Source of the DNA: Paramecium tetraurelia
Taxonomy: Eukaryota
Assembly: GCA_000165425.1 (NCBI GenBank)
Contig: CT868241.1
Location: 496,001-522,731, forward strand
DNA length: 26,731 nucleotides
Reading direction: 5' to 3'
Part shown: positions 11,579 to 22,289 of the stretch, one piece after another
How positions within the stretch are numbered: the stretch's first letter is position 1
Layout of the letters: each line of letters opens with the position of its first letter
Made by a program: the position numbers and the translations under genes
Notes under the pieces: generated by a model
Database searches by the model: none
What the model was told of the DNA's origin: nothing
What the model saw: the letters and a program-made list of their open reading frames with translations, nothing else

Positions 11579-12309
11579 ATGGCTGAAGAATAAAATAAAA
11601 CTCCTAGAGATATCAAAATAGACGATACCAGTTTTACTAACAGAAAAGAAACAATAGCAGATACCAGATATTCCTAAAAAAGTTTCATTCATCCATAATA
11701 AATATATGTAGATATTCAAATTTACATTATTAGTAAGTCTAACAGTGTAATCATACTGTTTAACCTATATTCATTTAAGTAATTACACGTGAAGAAATAG
11801 AAACTCCTTTCTTAAACGAAATCGAAATGTTAAAGAATAAAATTAGCAAAATCCAATAAGAAAATGATAAATTATACGAAAAAATTCATTAATTAACTGA
11901 ATAATTACAAGACAGATAAAACTTTATAGATACTTATAAATAAAAATTTATTGATCTCTAAAATTCAAAAGATATATTACTATCAGAACTTGAAAAACTG
12001 AATTCCTAAAAATACCCAGTTATAAATTATGCTACTCAACAAAAATTTATGTTTTAGTAAAATTAGTCAAGCGATAGGACTAATAATAATTTAAATTTAG
12101 AAATTGAGATTGATAAGCTCAGAATTGCCTTGAGTAATAAAGATGAAGAGATTAGAAGGCTTTAAGAAAAATATTAATAGTTAGAGAATTAGGGATTGGC
12201 TGTATTGGAAGAAAAAATAAAAACATTAATAATTGAAAAAGAATTTTGGAAAGCAAAATTTGAAGAAACATAAAAGGTTCGTTAATACAGTAATTTTAAA
12301 TTTGCTTGA
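11579..12309 (+). CDS. Hypothetical coiled-coil protein
   Basis: ATG 11579, one 26-nt intron near 11708-11733, heptad-rich frame (ITREEIETPFLNEIEMLKNKI...EIDKLRIALSNKDEEIRRLQ), TGA at 12307-12309. Confidence 0.75.
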
Positions 12310-12615
12310 ATTGCCAAATCTGATTGATATTTATATTTTAGAATTTTTTCTTACTGAGTATTATTGTTGTAACACTTCCTGCAATTTTATTCTATAGTCA
12401 ACGTAGAAAAAAATAATTATTCTTATTCTTATATTTATTTTCACATTTTTCGATTTTTAAATTAACCACCATTTGAAATTATTATAGCTTTGTTTCTTAT
12501 AATACCTGCTTGGCAGAGTTTAAATATATTAAAAGCATAATTGCTATTGTAACATCAGATTAGAAGATTATAAAAGTGATTTTTATTTAGACAAAATTGT
12601 TCATATTTTTCAAAT

Positions 12616-13266
12616 TCATTGAACCAAGCTATTATAAATTTATTCATATGCCATCTGTTATTATTTTGATCTTTGATTAGAAGAGAGCACTAGGCAAAGT
12701 GCCTCAGTTGCAGATCTATGATTTTTTTCCTCGATTAATAATTAAATTTTTTTGAAAGAGCTCAAAGCTAACTAAGAATAACCTATATATTTAACCTCAT
12801 CAGATTGATACGATACATCATTAATGAGTCGAGTAATCAATTCTGATAAAAACCATTCAACATCTTTATCATCATTGTTTTCTTTATTATCCAAAGCTTT
12901 TCTAAGATGCAATGGAGCTATTCGAGCCTATTTTTTGTCGTTTTATCCATGAGCATATGGACAATCAGTACCATTTTTACAAAACCCTTATTAATCATAT
13001 TTACATAACACGGCTTGATATATTAATTGGATTTACTTTTGTAGTTTGTGATAACTATATTGCTATCGAGAGTAGGTATATGATTTGGGATTGGATCTAG
13101 GATAAATCTATAAATAACCATCTGGATTTCTTAACTCATCAATACCATGAGCAAACTAGCATTTGGAGCCAATAGAACAATTTCCGTATTCATAATGTCT
13201 ACAAATAGATGTCTTATATAGACGCCCATTTCCATGTTGAGGGATGGTAATAATTGAGTGGTGCAT
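12616..13266 (-). CDS. Tandem CCCH zinc-finger RNA-binding protein (TIS11/ZFP36-like)
   Basis: YKTSICRHYEYGNCSIGSKCQFAHG and YKTVLCKYDQQGFCKNGTDCPYAHG. Three 22-24 nt introns. Ends YNSLVQ-TGA. Confidence 0.92.
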
Positions 13267-13280
13267 TAAATAAATTTATT

Positions 13281-14230
13281 ATGGATTTAATTTAGTTATC
13301 ATCGATGATATTAAATACACTCTTATATGCTACATAATATGTGATGAGCAAATATATCTATAGAATATAGAAACAGAGTAATAGATTAATATAAGTAAGA
13401 ATTATCGACAAATGATAAATAATTGGCTAAGGCATTCCGATATTAGAGAAGGAAAATAAAAATTATTATTATGGGGTTGCCAACTTTATTGTGCTTCGCT
13501 CAGAATTATTACAATTTGTGTTTGAGTTACACATAGTCAGAAAAATTGAATATTTTTGAGTGCTTAAAAAAATTTGATACTGAAAAAATAGGTATGGGAA
13601 TATTAACATCTTTTTATATGACTCTATTATTATACATCGGCCCAGTCTATTAAGAATTTTGGGTAACAAACATACATTATATTTAGAATGGGAATTTGAG
13701 GGAGAAATTTAGTAAAATTAGGTTCAACAAATTTAGATGGGATTACTTTACGAAGATCGTTATTGTATTATTATTTCTTTATATTTTAAAAGACTCCATT
13801 AATTGATGAAATTATATTTAGAGAACTAGTGAATAATGCTATAAATGTTAGATATTAAAATAACATTCAGTTTATCATTTATTCAACATTGTTATATAGT
13901 TTAAGTATTTAAGAAATATTAACTAATTAGCAAAGGCATTGTCTTATCAATTAAAATATGGATAGCTTTCACGTTATGAATTCCTAAAAACATTTGTATT
14001 GGGACTATACTTGTCCTTTGTCTTGGTGTAAACAAAAACAATAGTGACAGTAATAATCAATCATGGACTTATGAATTTTATGGGAAGACCGAACTTCAAG
14101 GATTTAGTTAAAGGGAATTATAGCAATGAATAAAGATAAAGTATAAAAGAATTCACTATTTTAAGAGATGATACGCTTTTATGTCCTAGGTTTCGTAGCT
14201 TTTCTAATTTTTTGTGTTTTAGTTTTGTGA
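13281..14230 (+). CDS. CAAX prenyl protease 2 (RCE1/CPBP family)-like polytopic membrane protein with degenerate catalytic motifs
   Basis: TLLLYIGPVYQ, TPLIDEIIFR and HGLMNFMGRP correspond to the RCE1 blocks L(F/Y)xGPL, APLxEExxFR and HxxCNxMGxP. Multiple hydrophobic segments and five tiny introns. Confidence 0.8.
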
Positions 14231-14242
14231 TTTTATTTATTA

Positions 14243-15903
14243 ATGGATTAATATAAAATAGTGAAGCGATTGGGAGATGGAACTTATGGGTGCGTCTACA
14301 AAGCAACAAATATCAACACTGGATAGATAGTTGCCATAAAAAAGTTCAAAAAAAAATATACTTCTTGGGATGAATGTGTAAACCTAAGAGAAGTAAAAGC
14401 ATTATAAAAATTAAAACATCCCAATATTATAAAACTAGTCGAAGTATTCAAAGAAAAGGATGAGTTGAATTTGGTTTTCGAATTTTTAGATAAGGATATT
14501 TATCAACAATATTTAGAAAATCAAAATAATGGAAAACATTTGTCTGAAGATAAGATTAGGTCTGTAATAAAATAAGTAACTGAAGGTTTGGCATATATGC
14601 ACAAAGTTGGATATTTTCATAGGTAATTAATACAAGTATTGTAGAGATCTAAAACCAGAAAATCTATTAGTATCAGGGGAAACTGTTAAAATATGTGATT
14701 TTGGACTAGCAAGAGAAATTAGATCGAAACCTCCATATACTGATTATGTTGCTACAAGGTAATTAGTCTTTATCATTTTTAAGATGGTATAGAGCACCAG
14801 AAATCTTACTGAAATCTCCATATTATAATTCACCAGTTGATATATTTGCACTAGGATGTATAATGGCGGAACTATACACTCTCAAACCATTATTTAATGG
14901 AAGTTCAGAATTAGATCAGCTTTTTAAACTTTGTTAAACTTTAGGTACACCAAATGTTAGAGATGTATTTTGTTGAAAATGACTTATATAGTGGCCCGAA
15001 TCATAAAAATTAGCGAACGCTGCCAATATCACATTTCCAACATATAGTCCTGTCCTTTTGGAAAAAGTTATTCCAAATGCGTCATCGGAGGCAATCGATC
15101 TTATTAGAGATATGTTAAAGTATGATCCTTAAAAAAGACCTTCTGCTAAGTAGATTTTGGAATACCCTTATTTTACTAAATATTGTTTCCCTATGATCTA
15201 ATAAATAGAGAATAAATAGGAATTTCCAAAAATAGATAGAATGGAAAGACATGAAAAATAAGATGATATTTTTGAATTACCTAAAGTCAATAATAAGGAG
15301 AATAGAAATAAAATGAATGAATCTAATTCTAACTTTTTAGACATTTTGGAATAAAGGATGGCTGACTATGAGAGGCCAACGAAAAAGGAAGTCTCAATAC
15401 ATAAGAGTAGCGTGAAGGAATCTAAAGAATATTAAGCATCAAAAGATTATAGAGAATCAAATCTGCCGATGATACAAAATAATTAACCCAAAGATTACAT
15501 AATGTCTAAGGAATTCTCTTAGAATGATTCTCTAGATCCTAGAATTGATTCTAGAAATAAAAAAGGATAAGCCGGATTGAAATTCTTAAGACACAACGAT
15601 CCTATAGGGGACCAACTTAGGAATCAATAATAATAAAGTATTTAGTAATCAAGATCTTATGAACCGACAAAAAGAAATATTTATGATTTTAATCTCATAT
15701 AAATGCCAATAGCTAAACCTACATTTTAACCTAAATTGGAAATGCCGAAATAGAATAAAAATTAGATATTTGGATCAAATTATCCAAAATCTTTGCCTAT
15801 CGCTCCAAATATGGGATATAAGTATTAACAATAATAACAATAATAATAATATAAATTTGATGACATCTTATATGGTAAACCTCCGCTTAAATAGTATTAT
15901 TGA
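14243..15903 (+). CDS. MAK: MAK/ICK (RCK family) CMGC kinase with a low-complexity Gln-rich tail
   Basis: [27 protein letters not shown] and [27 protein letters not shown] (TDY motif). Introns 14623-14644, 14759-14783 and 14965-14991. Confidence 0.93.
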
Positions 15904-15945
15904 TACTTATTCAAATCTACATCTATATATATACAATATAATTAT

Positions 15946-18900
15946 TCAAACATGTATAAAATATCTCCCAATAGCAGTTAAAAACCTCTATTTGTAATCA
16001 TGAGGATTGACAATAGTAGGGACCTTATATAAATTATAATGCTTACTTTTCCACCTTTGAGAACAAATTTTAATAGTCTCTCAGTTTCTTTATCCCATGT
16101 ATAAAATCTTAAATAATCGATTATCCCCATCTTTATTTTTTTTTGCTTGTTGTTAATGATTAACAAAAGTGAATAATCAACAATTGATTTTCTTAATAAA
16201 AATTTACAATCACTCTATCACTTTAAGAAATATTCTTACTTAAAATGCCTTATCATTATAAATGTAGCAATCATTTTGCAAAATAATTGGCTCAGCATTT
16301 CTGTCTATTATAAAATTAGTATCCAGCAACACTTTATTTACTTTCTTCTCCCATCTATTTGTTTCACTTCCTTTTAAATCATAAACCAGTAAATCTTTTT
16401 AATTACCTATACCGTAATATAAATTTTCCATAATTAAATAAAATTCAGGATTGCCTTTGTCTCTAATCTCATACATTCCAAATATTTTACAAAGCAATGA
16501 AGGTTTTTGAGATTCATAAAAATGTCTATGCATTTATCTAAAATAATCTATTGCAAATTATTCAAACATTCTAAACTCCTTTTCATCATCAAATTTCTTC
16601 ACAACAAATAATTCATTATCAGATTTGAAGAATTTTGATGAAGACTTCCCACCACTAGCATTCCATGAACCTGTTACACTAAGGGATTTTATAAATAAAT
16701 TTAATGTGATTCCAAAGGATGCTCTTAAAGCTTCAAATTGAATTGGGAAATATATCATTATTTCTTAAGTTTTTGACTTTTTTATCGAAAACTACTAATT
16801 TCCTTAACCACTTGCTATCGATTATTATGAAGATATTGATTTTTCCTCATCAATAAATTAATCCCTACTCATTGACGGTTTCATTCCCTTTACTTTATCA
16901 TACTATAATGTAATAGTAATGTAATTTTTTTCTTTTTTTTAAGGGATAGATTATTGTTAGGATGTATTCAAATTAGAATCAGTAGTAGTTGCCAATGATT
17001 CTCTTGGGAGACTATGATCCTCTTAATCCCATTTTCCTGATTATTAGCCAGTTTTTATTAAAATCAGTTTGCTTAAAACAACCTTCTATTATTCTGAATC
17101 AGCCTTTTAAAAATCTAGTTTAATTTATAGTCATACTTTCATAATAATTAATCGCTTTAAGATAGTTTGGATGATTTAAAGCAAATGCTAAAGAAGATAA
17201 TGGTTGACTTTCAAAAATAGCTACAAATGGGATAATTTTTCTCTCACTTAATGCAACCTTATTCTATTCTTCTTAAAATAGACATATAGGCCATTCTTTT
17301 AAAAAATTACTTAAAGGGTTCTGTTGTTTATCTGCAATAAATGAATGATTGCTGTCTAATTCTCTGACAGAATGTTATTAATTAAGAATCTTGTTAGAAG
17401 AATTTTTCTTAAATTTACAATCAATCGATGATTTCATATCACCAAATTAATCGCTTTAATGGTCGATGTCTTCTCCAACTATACTATCAGAATGAATGAT
17501 GTCGTAATCTTATCCAGACAGATGTCCTTTATTTGTAGGAGATTGATGATCAAAGTCTTTTTAGCTTCTTATTATAGAATTTTTATTAAGAAACCTTTTC
17601 ATTTCCGTCTTAATTTATTCCCCTATTTCTTGCAATTAAATACTCAAATTATAAGTAAATTATTGTAATTCAGATATTTAATTAATTGCTGAAAATTTCT
17701 ACTACCAAAACTTTTCATCAGAATATTATTCAATACCATCTACTTCAACATTTTTGGACAAAGTTTTCTTAAATTATGTTAACTAAAACATAATGTTTAA
17801 ATATCTTTAATAAAGATCTTTTTTTTGAGACTAAATATATTCTTCTTCCCACTTTGTTAAATTATCAAGTAATTCTTAACTTAAAGTACGTTATATTATT
17901 GTGTTGAAGACTTCCACTTCCCCAACTTAGATCTTCACCATTGACTCATCATACGTAAATATTCTTTACAATTAGTGATTACAATTAATCTACTAGCCTG
18001 TTTATTTATCATTTGTGTTTGGTGGAGTCATCAATATCGTTTACATAAATCTAAAAAAGGAAAAGTCTAAATTTAGGCTAGACAATTTAACAATATTTGA
18101 ACTTAAATCGCATTTACTACATTAAATGTAGGTTTCTATTCTTATCTTCTTTTTTTCTCCCTTTTAATTTGAATGGGATTACTAAACAATTTTAGTAATA
18201 TCTTTTGCAGTATACACATTATCCCTTTGCTCATCTTCATTTGACAACTAAGAAAACTATTAGGAAACTTAATTTGATAACTAAGGAGGTTCATTAGTCG
18301 ATATGACTCTTCCACTTCTATTTTTTTAATCAACACTTATTTTAATATATTTATCTCCACAATAATAAAATGAGACATGAGCTATTTTAGGTAGATGACA
18401 AAATTCGCATCTATTATCCTTATTAGCTATTTTCAGGATAATAAATTAGCCCAGACAAACATCTTCCCCATGATAATAAACAGATTTTTTCTCCTATGGC
18501 TTATTACACATCCGAGCCATGGAAAACTCTTCTAATTTATCTCTTTAAGAAGGATGCTTCAATTTATATTCTTCTAAACTAGAAAAGTCTTTAATGTCGT
18601 TAAAATTGTTTACATCAGCAATAACATAATTGATCTTAATGTACTTTAATTCTATATTGAATAATTCTTTTAAAGGAATCTTTTCAAATAAAAATGTTGT
18701 GAAATTACCTTAATTCGATATAGTTTTTAATAAATTGTTTTTAAACATTGAACACTCGGTAGTGATAAAGTGAGATTCCAAATCTTAATGTTTACCTAGT
18801 CTAGCACATCCTATAAAACATTGTTTTAGCTTTGATAATAACTCTTCTGAAGGGCCACTTATTGTTATTGTAGCAAATTTTTAACAAGATTAATTTTTCA

Positions 18901-20150
18901 AAAAACATAAGGTTGAATCCTTTTGAATTTCCCCTTTTTCTGAAACAACTTTTGGAAACTGTTTAAAAAATACCTTCTCACATGTACCTACTATTTATTC
19001 CTTTCTTTCAATGCATTGTTTTAATATTGATAAGCTTATAAATTTAGCATTTGTACACAATTTAACTCTTTAAAGAACTTTCTTTTTAACATTTGTTAAA
19101 ACAGTTATTTTTTTCTTGAGACACTCATCCAATGCAATTTTATTCGCTCCCTTTTCAACTAAAATTAAATTTGGTTCATAATTTTTATAAATTTAATTAA
19201 TAGAATCAACTAAGAGTTTTTTTTCATTTTATATATAATCTTCTAATTAATTTTATGAACCTTCCATATCAAAATCTCCAATAATTATAATGATGGATGG
19301 TTTATTTATTTCAGATTACATCTATTTTAACGCAACATTTTTCCGAAAGATAACCCCAGGGAAAAAACTGGTTAGTTATTCATCGTGATGATCAATAATT
19401 TTTATTTTCATAAAATGATTAATATCCATAAGTTTTGTGTTTAAAGAATGAAATTAAATTTCTTAAACAGACTAAGTTATCAAGGTTTTCATTTTTGCTT
19501 TCCAAAATTCAATAACTTTTTCATATGTTTTATTTGGCTAAAGAACATTCTGCAGTATGTATTCACATATTTTTTCAAATTAATAGCCGCTTTTTTCTTA
19601 TAAAATTGGTAATTAATCTTTAGCAATATCAGACTCTTCTAAAAATTCAGATATGTCTTCCTTCTCTTAATTTATTTCTAAGAGTGTCTCATCCTCATCC
19701 TAAATTTATTAAACTTCATTTCCTTTTGCAATTATGCTTTTTGAAGAAGTAAATGTGGTCACACTTTCAAATTATTTCGAAGTATTTCTTGAATGAGAAT
19801 TTCCTTCCTTCTTTAGGGTTACTTTCAAAGTTGATTCTTCATTATCTACAAAAAATCCTTTGTCTGCTATCAATTAACTAATTTTATCATAACAACGCCT
19901 GCAAAATCGAATTTTTTTCTCGCCTTCATTAGGAGACCCATCAAAAAAGTGGTTTGAACAACTACATGGTTATATCTATTTACTCTTAACAAAAAATATA
20001 TCCACATCTTCTACAATGGTGCTTACGTCTAAATAAGGCATTAAATTTATTATCACACATCCCACATTAACTAATATCTTGATCGTCCTTCCACTTTTTT
20101 TTTGAAATTAATTCATTCTTTATTATATCAAATCGAGAAACCTATTTCAT
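15946..20150 (-). CDS. FAB1: 1-phosphatidylinositol-3-phosphate 5-kinase (Fab1/PIKfyve)
   Basis: N-terminal FYVE domain (WKDD..CGMC..FRRKHHCRRCG..FC..C..RFCRRC), a Cpn60/TCP-1-like region (FFPGVIFRKNV) and a C-terminal PIPK domain (GGKS, YDLKGS, VDYSLL, MGIIDYLRFYTWDK, PTIVNP..Y..RF). At least three tiny introns. I did not read every codon of the middle section. Confidence 0.95.
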
Positions 20151-20721
20151 ATAATTATTTTTATAATAAAAACAAATTGAACTTTCAACAGACATGCTTC
20201 CAAGCATAAAATTTGGCAAATTAAATAATAATATGAATCAATCTAAAATTCTTGTAATCTTATAAATAAAATTGAAACTTAACTTATAGTAATTTTGAAT
20301 TTATTTAATATATTGCTATTCAAGTTCTTTGAAATTTAAAGAAATTTTCTTTTCAATAGTGGTAATAGTTTGCTATTCAATATCCTGTTAATCCAATTAC
20401 CAAAATTTTTATTTATTATTCATTAAGTAAACAAAGTATATGACCTTAATTGATTATTTTGGTTTAAAATACCTTTATTAATTGAAAGTTTTGACATGAA
20501 ATTGCGTTCTTCTCTGAATACTATGAAAATTAAGCTTATACTGAAAGCTCTATTTTTACAATTTTAAAAAGCTAATCATGAAAAAATATATCCTTTTTTG
20601 ATCATTAATTTGAGCAAAGCATCCAATGGCCTATTTCATTTTGGTTATCATTACATTTTCGAGAAATAAAGAATAAGATAATTTTTATAAAAAAATCGCA
20701 TTTAAAATTTTCATAATCTAT

Positions 20722-21917
20722 TCAGCTTCTTCCACTTCTAGTATTATATTATTTGCTTTTATTTTAATCAGAGTAATTTTTTATAGCAGGATAAGAATTA
20801 CTCATGGTGTTAAAATTTGTTGAAATGGGTGCTTGTTGTTGATTATTATGAGGGATATTCGATAAGGGATTATAATTTGTGAAATTCTAAAACATATTTG
20901 GAATTGTCGAAAAATTTTAATTCTAAATAGTAAAAGGAGACTGCACATTGCTATTATATTGGTGAATAATGGCGTCATTTACTTGCTAGTATAATTTTGT
21001 AAAGTCTAAGTTGAATTGTTACTCAATTAACTTTTGGTTTATATGTTGTTCTTATTGTTAATTTTTTTTTCCTTCCTTTTATTTTTATTCTTCTAGTAAT
21101 CTTTTTTTCTATTAATCTATAATTGGATCTATAAATGGAATTTTCGATGGCGAGGGTTCCTTTTGTTTAAGCTTAAGTGTTTGCGATTTAATATCATAGA
21201 CCTGTTTATAATAAAATATACATAATTTTATATCCCTTGATTTATTTCTTTAAAACAATTAGATTTGCTTTTTAGACTCATCCCAGCATTTTTACTCTAC
21301 AAAAAAAATGTTTTAAATTCAGCTGTGTCATTAGTTTTGTTTTAAATATTGTGGTTCGATTATATTTCATTAATGAAGTGCTTCTAAGACTCTAAAGGAA
21401 CTTGAATCTGTGTTCCAAACGATGTCTAATTTTAACTTTTTCTATAAATGAATAATACAGCTGATAATAGGCATTGTGAAAAAATCAAAATACTAAAAGA
21501 TTAGAGATTTCCTATGAAACCCTTTATTAATTCGGATAAATCAGTTTGATAAATATGAAAATCGCTTACTGTAGATCTTATTTTGCTTTAAACTTTTAAA
21601 TTAGATTCTGGAACACTTTCATTTTCAAATAGAGTTTATCTCTTTATACTTGATAAAGGGTCTGTAACCTAATCGCATAAATCCTGAAAACTTCCGTGAT
21701 CGCCATCTATGCGACTAATTTCTTACGAGTTCCCAAATATTGTTGGATTAATTTCTCTTACATTATCATTCCCTTAATCATAGTTGGTGTAATTTTCTAA
21801 AGCTTAATTAAATGAGTAAGCTCTCTCCAATTTTTTGATTCCTATATCTAATTAATCATCTTTGTACAATATTTCCTAACTAAGTTATGGAGGCAAGGTC
21901 CTTTCAAAATTTTTCAT
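20722..21917 (-). pseudogene. Hypothetical gene or decaying gene; frame continuity uncertain near 21200-21310
   Basis: ATG near 21917 (MKNFERTLPPQLSQEILYKDD) opens a long frame, and an N/Q-rich frame ends at a TGA near 20722. I could not join the two with a clean intron. Coding-like fragments continue downstream to about 20240. Confidence 0.45.
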
Positions 21918-22289
21918 TATTAATAATTCAAATTAAAATAATAACTTAAAATAAACAGAATACATAAAAAAAGAAATATAAAAATCAAGTGATTTATTTG
22001 TTTATGGATCATTAAGAATTGTAATAAATTGATTGAAAAATTGTAGAATTCATATTAAAATTTTTGGTTTTGGATCATTTGACCTCAAAATGATATTTAT
22101 TAGAATGCATAAAAGATAATTATAAATTATAAATTACAAATTTGGCTTAAATTATTATCTAAAGTTATTTGTAAAATAATAATCAAAATACTTTACTTTC
22201 AATGAGGAAGTTTAAAATTTTTATTTCTCTTTAATTTTCCCTTTCCCTTTTGAAAAGTTAGATTTAAAACTTATTCTCCAATCATAAAA

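Noticed and set aside
15825..15850. (TAA/CAA)n microsatellite or poly-Asn ORF
   Set aside because: It is an in-frame poly-Gln tract in the MAK tail under the ciliate code.
20194..20207. Short inverted repeat ATGCTT-CC-AAGCAT upstream of FAB1
   Set aside because: A 6-bp stem is expected by chance in 27 kb, and there is no other support.
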